Shown here: positions 36,482-48,525 of the stretch, piece after piece | Layout: each line of letters starts with the position of its first letter | How positions within the stretch are numbered: position 1 is the first letter of the stretch | From: Camelus ferus | Taxonomy: Eukaryota | Reading direction: 5' to 3' | Assembly (NCBI RefSeq): GCF_009834535.1 | Contig: NC_045696.1 | Location: forward strand, 84,260,001 to 84,324,000 | Length of the DNA: 64,000 nt | Made by a program: the position numbers and the translations under genes | Notes under the pieces: generated by a model | The model's input: the letters and a program-made list of their open reading frames with translations, nothing else | Databases searched by the model: none | Told to the model about the DNA's origin: nothing

Positions 36482-37659
36482 GTACAGCCTTTTTTCTTTT
36501 TTAAATAATGCTTTAAAATAAAGCTGAATTTTTTTCTCCATTCTCTATATTCTGTGAGTATAAGTGAAGTATTCAAAAACTATTAACATTGTGATAGCAG
36601 TTTGATATAACTCTTCAAAAGAGTAGTCACTGTCTGACCATTGGTTAGTGGTTAAATAATCATGGAACCCTACATTGGGCATTGGGGATATTTTGCCTTT
36701 GTTTCCTATGTAAATTCAGGCTGTCAGGTGAAGAGAGAAATGCTTTCGTCTTCTCCTTTCCTAGCAGAAAATTTTTGCTAGAACAACTATTCCTTCACTG
36801 AACTATAATTACAACACATAAAACAGGAGGATCTATGAGAGGGAAGTAAAAATATATTAATACGTCTTGAGAAATACATTTCAAGGACTGCTGTGAAGCT
36901 CAGGGGGATAATTATTTGTCTTTTGTTTCTCTTTCTTTTTGAAGAAATATTTCTTTTTATTTTTCCTTGATGATTTTCACACCTGTACTTTAGACATTGA
37001 AGATTCAGATGACTGAAGTGTACAGTATCTTTGCCTTAAGGTTCCCGGTATCTCTTGAGGAAAATCATACTTTCAAAAGTATTCAATTTATTAATTTTAT
37101 TACTCAGGATCTTGTTGAGATTTCCAGTTGCTTTTCATTAAAAATAAAACATTAGTTAAAAATAAAATGTTAGATAATAAATTTAAATCATATAACTTAG
37201 TTGACAGTATCTAATTTATGATTTTTATTTCATTTTTTTTCCAATGAAGGAACTCTCCTGATTATTCCTCTTTTGTAACATAGTATAATTTTAAATGTCA
37301 AGATATCACACACCTTCTTCCCAATTAGAATTTGATTCTTTTACTAAATAATGTTCTCTCTTTCAAATATTTTTCCTACATTTGTTCATGATACATCAAT
37401 TTTGTTAGTATTTTCAAGACTTATTTGCATACCCTTTTTAGTATGTATCACAGTATAATTATCATTGACTGTGTTATTTTATGTGCTCTTTTGTTTGTGC
37501 TATCATATTTTGATGTATTACTTTACTTTTCTACTCTGAAAAGGACTAAGTCTTCTATAGAAATGCCCTTTTGATTGTTCACTTTGAAGACACAGTACTT
37601 AAAAATAACAGAAGAAATGATGTGTTGTAGCTTTCCCCCATAGGCTAAAGATGATTGTG

Positions 37660-40340
37660 GCTGGAGATGCTTAAATGGAATTAACTGCCTGATTCCACAG
37701 AAATTCATGGCACTGTGGAATGGTAGAGGCCAGATGTTGGCATGTAGTGATCAAAGTCATAGTAAAAAAAATTACCAAAATAAGAGGCAGGGAAGACAAG
37801 TAATCAGGATGTTTCTATTCACAGAAACCTGTGATATTAACTGGAGTACATAAGAATGAAGAAGTTGTACAATCTCCTGTTTTTCCTATCTGAGTAGAAA
37901 ATTTCTACCTGATGGACAGAGACTCAGCCTGAGCCACCATACAGGGGATGCAGAGTTTTAATAAAGTTCCCAGCACTAAGCCAGTTCACAGATCTGGAGC
38001 CTTTTAATAGAGATAAAGATTGGATTCTTTTGCAGGATTTTGTAGTTTGGCTACAAGAGTACACTATGAATCGTCCTCTAAGCCTTAACTGCAGAACTGG
38101 TTATTTACCAGGATAAACATGCAATGAGGAAAGGCAATACCCAGACGTTCATAGGGGTTATTAGATTATGGGTCTGAACCTACACTTATCCCTGAAGACC
38201 CAAAGTACCACCATAGTCTGCCAGTCAGTCTTAGGGATTTATGGAGATGAAGAAATAGGTGGAGTCTTGTCTTTACTCTGTCTCATAGTGCATTGGAACT
38301 GTGGGACTATTACGTGGTTTTTCCTCAGTCCTGAATATATATTGGGAATGGATATACTTAGTAACAGGCAGAATCCCGATGTTGGTAGTCTGACCTGTGG
38401 CATGAAGGTCGTTATGGTAGTAAATAAATAGAAGACCCTAGAACTGTCTCTCTCCCTTGCCAGCATCCACGCTAAAATACCATCCCTGAAGCAATACCAC
38501 ATTTCTGGAGATTTTAGAAATTAGTGCCAGCATCAGAAACTTGAAAGATGCAGGAATGTTGCTTATTATTATATCTCCATTTAACTGACCTATTTGGTGT
38601 AAAAGCCAGTGATCTTGGAGAATGACCTCAAGTTAGAGTAAACGATCAGATGATGACGATACAGATCACGGTCGCCTTTCTGGATGTAGGGTCTTTGCTG
38701 GAGAAAACTAACACATTCTCTGTGGCAGGGAGAGGGAGACAGCCATTGGTCTAGCACAGGGGGTGATTTTTCTGTAAAGTGACAGTAAATATTTTAGGCT
38801 TTGAGGGCAATTGAAAAGTGCTCAACTTTGCCATTGTATCATGAAAGCACTCATAGATAAAATTCAAACAAATGAGTGTGGCCGTTTTCCCATTTAACCT
38901 TGTTTGTGGACATAAATTTGAATTTTATATCATTGTCACATGTCACAATATGTTATCCTTCTTTTGATTTTTTCCAACCATTAAAATATGTAGAAACCAC
39001 TCTTAACTTGAAGGCCACATAAAAACAATTAGTGGGCCAGATTTGGCCCAAGGGCTATAGTTTGCTGCTCCTTGATAGAGCAAATGTATTCTTTTCTATT
39101 TCTATCAGTAAGTTATAATCAGAAATAGTTTGATATCATATGACAGAGATAATAGTATACCTTCGCAGCCTCACTCCAGACCTACATTAACTCTCCAGCT
39201 TTCTAGCATTATGAAGCCCCAAAGGACCTTGATTGTTTTGATAGTGCACAGAAGATAATGCTTGCCCATTAGATTGGTGGCATAATGCTAAGTGGAGTTG
39301 GTGAACAGGGAGTATCTGTTACGTAATTATTATATTGGACCCCTTCCATCATGGATAGGACAGTAATTTGTCTTCATGGGAAAAGCTACGTATTTCAGAA
39401 GAGGATCTGCGTTCCCTGCCTGTAGTGTGTCTGCCAGCAGAAGCTTTATTTATCAGAATGGTACCGCACACAACATTGTCTTAGAGTAAGACACTCATTT
39501 TATTACGAAAGAGGTATAAGAATAGGCTAATACCTGTGTAAACCACTCGTTGTGCCGTGTGCAGCCCTACCCAGCTGGCTTGATAGTTTTGTGGAATGGC
39601 CTGCTAAAGGTGCAGTATGAGTTCGAGCTGAGAAATGTCTTACGGGTTTGGGGTGCTTTTCCTACAGGGTTCTCTATATTACATGAAATTCCAGCAGAAC
39701 TTCCATTAAACAGGAAGCTGAGACTACCCACTGCCATTTTGGGGCTCATCAGCCCTGAATGAATAGTCAGTCAGGGTCACTGAATGAATAGTCAGTCAGG
39801 GTCACTGTACTGACCATGTTGTTTGAGGACGATTACTGGAGAACAATTGGATTGTTATCACACAATAAAGAAAAGAGGGACTTCATCTGCAAGCCATTCA
39901 GTGGCGAACTTACCAACATTTCTGTGTCCAGTAATAATGTTCATTGAAGAAAAGGTGGCAACCCAACTTTGGTGGGAATCCAAAAGAGGGCTTCTGTTGT
40001 CTTGAATCCTTTGAGATCTGAGTCACCGCACTAGGTCAAAGGTGTTGGCAGACAGTAAGGCGAGCATAGAATGGGGGGTGGGGGAGACGGAAGCTAGGGT
40101 AATCAAATCAACGTAGGCTTCAAAACCGGCTACAAAATGGAGACCCACAGCAGCTACGTTTTATGTTGAGTAATTGTTTTTCTCCTCTCTTTTTCCTGTT
40201 ACCTAATATAAAGTGTACTACTGGCATCTAACATTTCAATTTAGGTTTCAGTTGGGAGTATCACCAAGTTGAGGTCTCCCTATGATACAGAGTGGCTGTA
40301 GAACTTTTTGTTTTCCTTATGCTTCAGATATGAGTTTGTT
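37660..40340 (+). mobile_element. Decayed ERVL-class internal region (gag end, protease, RT, integrase, dUTPase remnants)
   Basis: 'ctaagccagttcacagatctggagcc' (LSQFTDLEP); SPEYILGMDILSNRQNPDVGSLTCG (protease/RT junction); 'aagcaataccacatttctggag'; 'tacattaactctccagct' (YINSPA); 'tatattggaccccttccatcatgg' (integrase YIGPLPSW); LPLNRKLRLP (dUTPase-like). Confidence 0.88.
38757..39074 (+). mobile_element. MER58B-like hAT DNA transposon nested in the ERVL RT
   Basis: 'cagggg...tttttctgtaaag...gtaaatattttaggctttg...gggccagatttggcccaagggctatagtttgctg'; degenerate 8-bp TSD GTCTAGCA/ATAGAGCA. Confidence 0.85.
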
Positions 40341-40367
40341 TTTTTGTTTTGTTTGTTTTCAGAGAAA

Positions 40368-40402
40368 GAGACAGACAGACGGACAGACAGACAGACAGAG
40401 AC
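40368..40402. repeat. (GACA)n microsatellite
   Basis: Directly visible, imperfect. Confidence 0.8.
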
Positions 40403-40424
40403 AAATGGAGGCTTGGATGCAAAC

Positions 40425-40897
40425 TGAGTAGACTGTCTGTCCAGGTCCATCCTCTTCCATTTCTGCCCTACTCTGTGCCCCTAGGAACTGATCTCTAGAG
40501 ACTGCGTCAGCTGAGCTCCCTTGTTCTCTGACTTCTGTTTGGGTCTGGCCAGCTGGAGACACTAACAGAACATTGAAGGGTGAGAAGAAAGAGGCAGAGG
40601 TATTAACTCTCTCTCTTTCCTTCTGGATGTGCTGAGATTTGGAGTGTGTATTAGCACCACTCAGGTGACCTTTCAACCACAGCCACTGCTTTCAATGACT
40701 GCTTACACCAGTTCTCTTCCTTTGTCTTCTCAGGCCTAAGGTTGGTAACAGCTTCCCACTATTTTTAGTCTCTGAGTGTTTCAGCATCACTTGTTCCCTT
40801 AAACCCTGTGACATGATTATAAGTTATCCCTTCATTTGACCATCTTCAAATTACCCCTTTGAGTTTTGTCTTTCCTGTCAGGACCCTGACTGATACA
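40425..40897 (+). mobile_element. ERVL LTR (LTR33-like), probable 3' LTR of the upstream internal region
   Basis: 'ctgccctactctgtgcccctagg', 'caggcctaaggttggtaacagcttccc', and LTR33-type end 'ttcctgtcaggaccctgactgataca'. Confidence 0.8.
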
Positions 40898-41439
40898 GAT
40901 GATCAAAAGAAGGATTTCTAAAAAGCCAAGATTTGAGTTGAGGTCTAGAAAATGATTTGGAGAGTGAAGACAAATTAACTTGTGCAAAGGCTTCATGATG
41001 GAGAGAGCATATTGTGTTAATGAACTGAAGATAGATGTGTGTGCCTGGACCTTAGAGAGCGAGGGGCAGGATTGTAGCACGACAGGCTAGAGAGGAATCA
41101 CGCTTAGTGACCTGGAAAGACAAGCCTGCAAAGAGGACAAAGAGTGACATAGATACAGGAGGAATGCTATAAAGTGTATTATCATAAAACCCCATGGAGG
41201 ACAGTGTTTTTAAATACAGAAATGAGTCAACAATGTGGTTGCCATGGAGAAATATTATGATGAGAACTTTTGTTGGTATAATATGTGATTTTTTTTTTGC
41301 CCCGGAGTATCATAAATATGATTGGTTTTGTGTGTGTATATTTTATGTATATGTTTGTAAATATTTTCCTTTCCCTAAGATATTAAGTAGATACAGAAGA
41401 ACAGTTGTAAAATTTATATAGCTTATGGAGAAAAACAAA

Positions 41440-42360
41440 ACAATAAGTGCCTGTTCTCTCCCTCTTCCCTTCCCTCGAAGAGATTATTACTAGCCTGGAT
41501 TTGTGTTTTTCATTCCTTTGATTTCCTTGCAGCTTACTGCGTATGTGCATGTCTCAACAGTGTGTAGTTAAGTTTGCATGTATTTGAATAATATGTAAGT
41601 GGAAAGCTAGTGTATGTATTCTTTTGCAACTTGTTTAATTTATTCAGTACTATTTACTGAGATTTACCCTTGAAGTTGTGCATAGTTGTATTTTATTCAT
41701 TTAAACTGCTGAACAGTCTTCTGTTATATGAATATACCACTGTTAACCTGTTTCAATATTGATGGTTGTTGGGTTGATTCCCATTTTGGGGAAGAAAGAG
41801 GGATAAATATTTACTCTCCCTCTCCTTGATGTGCTGAGATTTTTCAGTGACTGCATTCTCTGCTTATATTACAAAGCAACACTCAGATGACCTTTTATCC
41901 ACAGTCATCGCTTTCAATGACTTTTCGTACTTTTCCTCTCAAGCCTAGGGTTGGTAACAGCTTCCCATTATTTTGAGTTTCTAACTGCTTCAATATTACT
42001 TGTTCCCTTAACCCTACCAGGAAACCCTACCATTGCTCTTAATATTCTTGCACAGATCTCCTGGCGCACGTGTGCACCCATTTCTAGGTGTCTATTCCTG
42101 GGAGCAGAAGAGTGGGTCACAGGTGGTGCATGTCTTCAACGATACAGACGCAGGTGAATTACTTACCAAAGTATTTGTGTCTGTTCTTGCTCCCACCTGC
42201 AGTGTTTCAGAGGTTTGGCTGCTTTCCATTATCATCAACACTTTAATTGTCAGATTTAAATTTTTACTGGTCTGATAGAGGTAAAATTGTGTATTTAATT
42301 TGTGTGTCTCATTACAAATGACACGGAGTACATTTTCCTGTGTTTCTTGGCCATTTAACT
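41440..42360 (-). mobile_element. Old L1 (L1ME-like) fragment interrupted by an LTR33-like piece at ~41791-42015
   Basis: 'gtatgtattcttttgcaacttg', 'atatgaatataccac', 'aatattcttgcacagatctcctggcgcacgtgtgca'. Confidence 0.65.
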
Positions 42361-42521
42361 TAATAACATTGAGTAACTTTGAATTTTCAAGTTTTCTAAT
42401 TATTTCTGTTATTGATTTCTAACTTGACTTTATTTTAGTGTACTCTAAAGTCTGCCTTCCTTCGGTGCGAAAGGCAAGTATTCACAGTGGCGTACAAGGT
42501 TCAATGTAACTTGAAGTTCCT

Positions 42522-42641
42522 GGCAGGGAGGGAAATAGCTCAATGATAGAGTGCATGCTTAGCATGCACCAGGTCCTGGGTTTAATCCCCAGTGCCTCCA
42601 TCAAAAATAAATATATAAAATTTAAAAAATACCTCTCCTTC
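42522..42641 (+). mobile_element. tRNA-derived SINE (camelid Vic-1-like) with 10-bp TSD, inserted in an L2 fragment
   Basis: GGGAGGGAAATAGCTCAATGATAGAGTGCATGCTTAGCATGCACCAGGTCCTGGGTTTAATCCCCAGTGCCTCCA (A/B-box-like). TSD TGAAGTTCCT at 42512-42521 and 42642-42651. Confidence 0.88.
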
Positions 42642-42819
42642 TGAAGTTCCTACCTCTGTGATCTCATCTCCTGTTACTCTCCCCTTGGCTTGTTCCGTTT
42701 CAGCCACACCAGCTTCCTGGCTGTTCCTCAGACACCTCAGGCAAATTTTTACCTAAGGACTTTTGCACTGTCTGTTAAGGAAAATACCCACCACCCCATC
42801 AATCTGAATGATGGGGCAT

Positions 42820-42940
42820 CTCACAGAAATTCTCAGTGGTTTCATTGGTGTATACATCTATCAAAATCCATCAAATTGTACATTTGAAATAAGTGTAGTT
42901 TACTGTACAGGAACCATACTACAATAAAGGTGTTTAAAAA
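42820..42940 (+). mobile_element. L1 extreme 3' end fragment
   Basis: 'ggtgtatacatctatcaaaatccatcaaattgtacatttgaaata...caataaag'. Confidence 0.7.
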
Positions 42941-44361
42941 ATTCTCACACACACACAAAAGAACGTGTAGCCAGGGAGCCATTAAACAAGGGAGAAAAAC
43001 CAAAACCTAAGAGATACAGATCATGTGGCATTTTCCAGGGAGACATGCCTCATAAATCTGTGTGTTCTAGATTTGTCTTCTATAAGCACTTTGAAGCAAA
43101 GGTTATCCTGCTAAATACGTTACATAGCTAAAGACCCTTTTTCTAGAAAATATCATTCATCAGTTTGCCAGGGAAGTCTAGTTGTTAACAGATTCACAGG
43201 CGAGTTAATGCAAGCCACCTGCCATCTTTATTTCCAGGAGCGGTGCCACTGGTGATGGGGGAAGAGTGGCCCGCAGGCCAGCCGCTTCATCTCCTCCCTC
43301 CTGCTCATCCTTTTAGGTGTGGGGGTTATCTCTCAAACCAAGTGGCTCTTCTCAATGACCTAGGCAGAAAGAAAGCGAGTCCCCATTTTTTTCTTTCTTT
43401 CCTGCTGAGAAGTATTTCATTTTCTCGTGGAAAGGGGGCCTCGCAGTGGAGGGCTCTCCTTTCCCCTAGGACTTGCTCTTGGCCTGAACACCTGCTCTTC
43501 CAGGTAATGCATTCCGGCGGTGTTTCCCAGAACATCCTCCAGCTGCTTTCTTCAGCACTGCTCTACACTTCAGGGGAGACAGGCGTCGGGTGACTTACAT
43601 TCTTTTGGTTTATTTCTATTGCTGGCACGTGGCTGCTCCTGAAAGCTGTTCATTAAAGCCCACAGTACGAACTCGGGATTATTCTCTAGCCTTAGTCTAT
43701 AAAAATACTTTTTTCCCCTCTTTACTACTTCCCTATTTTCTCCAACACTTTTTTCCTGTGATGGTCAGTTTGGAGAGAGGGGTCATATCTAGGAGAGTGG
43801 AGGGACTAGTAATTCTGGATTTATACCGCTTTCTTTCCCACAAGTCTCCATCAGTTTTAAATATCTCTAAGTAGTGATTTTAATTTAGTAGTACTTCAGA
43901 AACATCTTAAGCATCTGGAAGTAAATTACCATGTAGATATAAATTCATGAGAATAGTTGTCTCCTCCAGGTGCCATTCTGAGTTATTTATTTTCTGTTTC
44001 CCATAATGCGTAAATATTATTGTCAGTGGCTATAGTACATACCTTTATGTGTGTGTGTTTATAGAATATATAATGAATCTATTTGTATTTATCATTTAAA
44101 GTGATTAGTCCCTTTAAAAACCTTGTGAATCATAAGATTTTTTTCATTTCAAAGGATTATTGAAAGGAACTGTCTATACAGTCATATAATAAATCACCAA
44201 TATTTAACACTTTTGCATCATTTAAGCCTAGAACTATTGATTATATAGATAAATATCAAGGTACATTTGCCTCAAAAAAATGATGAGTTCTGTATCTTGA
44301 GAGATGTGGTAATTTATAGACTAGGTTACATTAATTATGTATATTATGTTTATTTTTATAG

Positions 44362-44482
44362 ACTCGTTGGGAGAATGTGAAGTACAAACTAATCTGAAAA
44401 TTTGGACAGAACCACTTACAATTGAATTTAAAGAAGACAGCCTATCCTATATGGAAAAATTATGGCTTAAAAAACACAGAAG
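44362..44482 (+). CDS. ZBBX: ZBBX internal coding exon (121 nt, phase 1-2): (D)[39 protein letters not shown](R)
   Basis: Acceptor tttttatag|, donor AG|gtatgt; matches recalled human [11 protein letters not shown]...[14 protein letters not shown]. Confidence 0.96.
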
Positions 44483-44689
44483 GTATGTTCAGAATTTTTC
44501 CATTATTAGTAAGATATGTAAAAGCTATGAATGTTCCTTGCTTGTGTGACATGATTTTTGGTAGCAATTTTATATATGTGCTTCACATTTGCCTAAATAA
44601 TTTTAAAGCAATATTAAATCCCCTCTGTTCTAATAAGAACTTTAATTCTGTTTATGAATATAATGCATTTTTATACATGTGCTTTTTTC

Positions 44690-45175
44690 TGAATGTCATG
44701 TAAATGAAATCACATGATGTGTAGCCTTTCATGTCCTTAACTTAGCAAAATGTATTAAGATTCATTTATCTTCTTTAGTAAATCAGAGTCCTTTCCTTTT
44801 TATTGTAGAGCAGTATTTCATCATCGCGATGTTAAATAACGTCCTGCTGGTTTCTAGTTTTTGGCAATTATGACTAAGCCTGTTACAAACATTGGCATTT
44901 AGGTTTTTGTTTGAATGTAAGTTTTTAATTCCTTGGGTAAATACTTGGACCAGGATGGCTGGGTTGTGTGGTATTTATGTGTTTATCTTGACGAGAAACT
45001 GGCAAACTGTTTTCCACTGTGACTGCACAGTTTTGCATTTCTTCCTGCAACGTGTGAGAGTTCTAGCTGCTCTCCATCTTTGCCAGTACCTGGTGTTTTC
45101 AGGGTTTTTTTTTTTTTTTTTCCTTTTGGCAGTGACGTTAATAGATGGGTAGTTGTATCCCATGGTGGTTATGTG
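44690..45175 (-). mobile_element. Old L1 fragment
   Basis: 'gagaaactggcaaactgttttccactgtgactgcacagttttgcatttc'; minus-strand ORF 44975-45193 is L1 ORF2 C-terminus-like. Confidence 0.75.
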
Positions 45176-46549
45176 GCAGAGCTTTAAGTTCATTCATACA
45201 CTATCCTGGGTATTCCCATGTAACTACTATCCAAGTTGTCTGTATCTCTTTCAAAGTATGATGCCCATAACAGTCTTACAGGTGTGAAACTTAGTAGTGT
45301 GTATCTGGTAGTTGCCTCTTTCTAGCTTAGGAATTGGTACATAAAGTAACCCGAAGGTCATTTGTCTTTTTTAGTAGCTGCCTTTCAAGGCCTTTCATAC
45401 GGAGTTTCTTATACAATAAAAGAAGCACCATTTTGTTATTCAGTGACCACCATCATTTGTGCTTAGACATATCCAAGAAGCTTTTAATGTGGGCACATGA
45501 ATATTGAGCTCGCTGAATACTGAATGTTGGCAAATTTCCTTAGCAAGGAAGACTGGTTAGTGAATGTATTCACCAGGGTCGTATTTCCACAGCTACTTTT
45601 TAATGGTAATCACTTTTTAAGTTAATGCTTTATTTCTTAATTACAGATGCTACTGTAGAGCAATTCATTTGCAATTCACAAATTTGTGATGGATTTCTGA
45701 TCCTGTGCTTCAGAAAAGTTTCCTATATTGATAACCTTAATCATAGTTTAGATTTCACTTCTGCCTGTAATTGTTGTTTATGAAAAGCTCAACAGGCTTA
45801 TAAATACATGTTCTATTGCATGTTGTTTTTGTATTTCTTTTCCGATTTGGATAGTAACTTTTTTGTATTTTACCTGCCAATACATAAGTGCTGATAGATT
45901 TTGATAGTGATCTTAATATGAGGTTGTGCGTTTAAAAAGATCTTCCTTGGTGATTCTGATGCTAGCAGCCTAATACCGATTCACAGAATAAATTTACCAG
46001 TCATCGCAAGAATTACTTGGTCAATCTGGTTTTCCCCGATGAATTGATCAGTGCTCAATAAATACTTGTTTAAATTTTAAAAGAGGAAACTCTGGTGAGG
46101 TGATCCTATTCTAAAATGTATTTCATCCTTTATTTATGTGGCATGATCTTTTAACAAAGCAGTGGTGCCAGGGTCCCAATATCGAGAATGTAGATTTAGT
46201 TTGTTGACTAACTAGTTGTTCATAGGCAAATCACTTAAATTCTCTTGATTCATGCAAAATATTCAGTTTGGAATAAATAATCTGTAGGCTCCCTTCAACT
46301 CTAATACTCTAGTATCTAGACTCTACAAGTCTTTGGTTCAGGGCTTTCCTCCGAAAATTAGGAAAGTCTTCACTTAATGAAGAAGAAATATCTGGATATT
46401 AGTACATTTCTGTGTACTTGTGATTGAATTTTTTGAATGTGTACATCATAAATTTATTTAAGAAATATTTTTTGAATTCCTGTGATGTGCAAGGTAAATT
46501 CTAGGCTCTTAGATATGGCTATGTTCACGACAGATACATTTAATGCTTA

Positions 46550-46748
46550 CTTTTTTTTTTTTTTTACGATTTCTGGTGTATAGTGTAACGTTTCAGTCAT
46601 ACATATATTCATTTTCATATTCTTTTTCATTATATATTACCACAAGACATTGAATATAGTTCCCTGTGCTATACAGAAGAAACTTGTTTATCATTTTATA
46701 TATAGTAGTTAGTATCTGGAAATCTTATGCTCCTAATTTATCCCTTCC
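46550..46748 (-). mobile_element. Short L1 3' end (same type as 4520-5038)
   Basis: T-tract, then 'atttctggtgtatagtgtaacgtttcagtcatac...ttgaatatagttccctgtgctatacag'. Confidence 0.8.
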
Positions 46749-47004
46749 GATTGAATTTTTAGTACACGTCAAACTGGAAAGAGGTTTCTGGTGGCCCGAT
46801 GCCAGTTTGTCTTTGGCCTTTACTCTTTAATATTTTCCATCACTTGATTAAATTATGGATGTAAGATGACATGCTATTCAAAGCTGAATAATATATAAAT
46901 ATTTTGGAGTGTTCTGATATATACATTGCATATATTGGGAAAATGCACATAGTTATAGTTTGCCAGAAGATTATTAAATTTTTAGGGCCTTTGCAAGTTG
47001 GGAG

Positions 47005-47250
47005 AGAGGTGATATAGGGTAATGATTAAGAATATGGGCTTGGGGAGGCGAACTGCTTGGGTTCAAATTCTCTTTGCTGTATTTACTACTTGAATAACTT
47101 TGAACAAATTGGTTTACCTCTTTGTGCTTCAGTTTTTCTCACCAATTTAAGATAATATTAGTGCCTGTTTAATATTCCTATTAAGATTCAGTACCCAAAT
47201 CGGTTAGAACAGAGCCTGGTACATTTTAAGTTTTATATTGATGTTACTGC
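47005..47250 (+). mobile_element. MIR SINE
   Basis: 'atgattaagaatatgggcttggggagg...gggttcaaattctc...acctctttgtgcttcagtttttctca'. Confidence 0.75.
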
Positions 47251-47962
47251 TAATATTGTTAAGAAGGCCCTGACTTATGTGGGGACTTCATGAGCAGGCA
47301 TAATCTTGAAGGGCTGTGCAGCTACTTACATTCTTAGTTCAAAAGTGACCCTCTTCCCCATAATTTGAGATGTCCTCTGGAACCAAACGCACATGACCTC
47401 TAAGAATTCCTGTACTTCATTGCCTTGTATGTGAGATGGTCCACATCAGACCTCATTGTTAGTTGGGTCATAGATGCCACAGCCAGAATACCTCACGTTC
47501 ATTTCATGGGAGACTATTTTGTTGCCCTACTGGCTTAGTGGAGGTTTAGAAAAATGTCTTCAATTCTCTTAGAATTCTTCAGCATAATGCCAAGACGGTG
47601 AGATACAGCAAACATTTGTAAATTAGCTTTTTAAACAGTGAGATATGTTTCACGGACTCCATGTATATTTTGCAAGAGCATTAAATTCTGTCATAACTTT
47701 GATTTTTATCCTAAACTTTGAAACAGTAGGATATGAGTGAAGTTAAAAATCTTGTGTGATATCAATTTGACTTACAAAATGCTTTTAGTAGGTTAAGATG
47801 CTGTTATACAATTGTACTTTTCTTCTGTGAATTAGAGGCACAGCTACGGTTTCATCGTTAATTTTGTAGACACACTCTTCTGTGAAATAAATCAAGATCT
47901 TGTCTGGGGAAGTTTTAGGTAATGCACTGTAGGCTTTTAATTGCTTCTTTCTTGTTTTGTAG

Positions 47963-48072
47963 AACTCCACAGGAGCAACTTCAAAACATGCTACCGGATA
48001 CATTCAAACCTCAGGATAAAACCACGAGTGAGGCACAGTGTTCTCAGAATGAAAATGATGAAGATAGTGATG
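47963..48072 (+). CDS. ZBBX: ZBBX internal coding exon (110 nt, phase 2-1): [36 protein letters not shown]
   Basis: Acceptor cttgttttgtag|, donor G|gttagt; matches recalled human TPQEQL..MLPDTF...[13 protein letters not shown]. Confidence 0.94.
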
Positions 48073-48424
48073 GTTAGTTCAGCCTTGATTAGATATTTTC
48101 AAATTCACTGAGCATCAATCAGTAGCTGCTCTTGGTTTTCTTGACTATCATTCTCAACTGCACTGTGCACACTTCATCTCCAGATCAGAATCATGCACAC
48201 TCTTCTCCCCACCCTCTAGGTTTACTTAGCCTCAGTTTAAATAGTTTCATTTAAAAATAGAACGTTAAGTAAATGTGTAGTTTACCTGAGCTGGGAAAAT
48301 TAAAATTGACAGTATTTATACCTTTGGAGAATATTCTTCTTCTATGGTTGCCTGTGTTATTAGAAGATGAATTATCAGGTAAAGAATATTCTTTGATGAG
48401 ATGACTTTTAATCTTATTTTCTAG

Positions 48425-48525
48425 TTGAGGAGCTCAAAATACAACCCCCAGCTCTTTTTCTGCCAGTAGAAGAATTAAACATAGAGAGACCTGAACCATC
48501 TCTAAAAATAGTCGAACTGGATGAT
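48425..48525 (+). CDS. ZBBX: ZBBX internal coding exon (101 nt, phase 1-0): (V)[33 protein letters not shown]
   Basis: Acceptor ttattttctag|, donor GAT|gtaagt; [17 protein letters not shown] as in human. Confidence 0.95.

Noticed and set aside
36200..36541. 113-aa antisense ORF over a ZBBX exon
   Set aside because: Shadow ORF of the coding strand, with no independent splice or domain evidence.
38168..39762. Domesticated retroviral protease/integrase gene
   Set aside because: Only short frameshifted remnants; catalytic motifs are degraded and RT is interrupted by a DNA transposon.
41223..41251. AP-1 site plus X-box-like GTTGCCATGGAGAA
   Set aside because: Terminal base of the X-box mismatches and the region looks like decayed LINE sequence; expected by chance.
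42522..42600. tRNA gene
   Set aside because: tRNA-like head is followed by an AT-rich tail and flanked by a TSD, so it is a SINE; same for 3665-3809.
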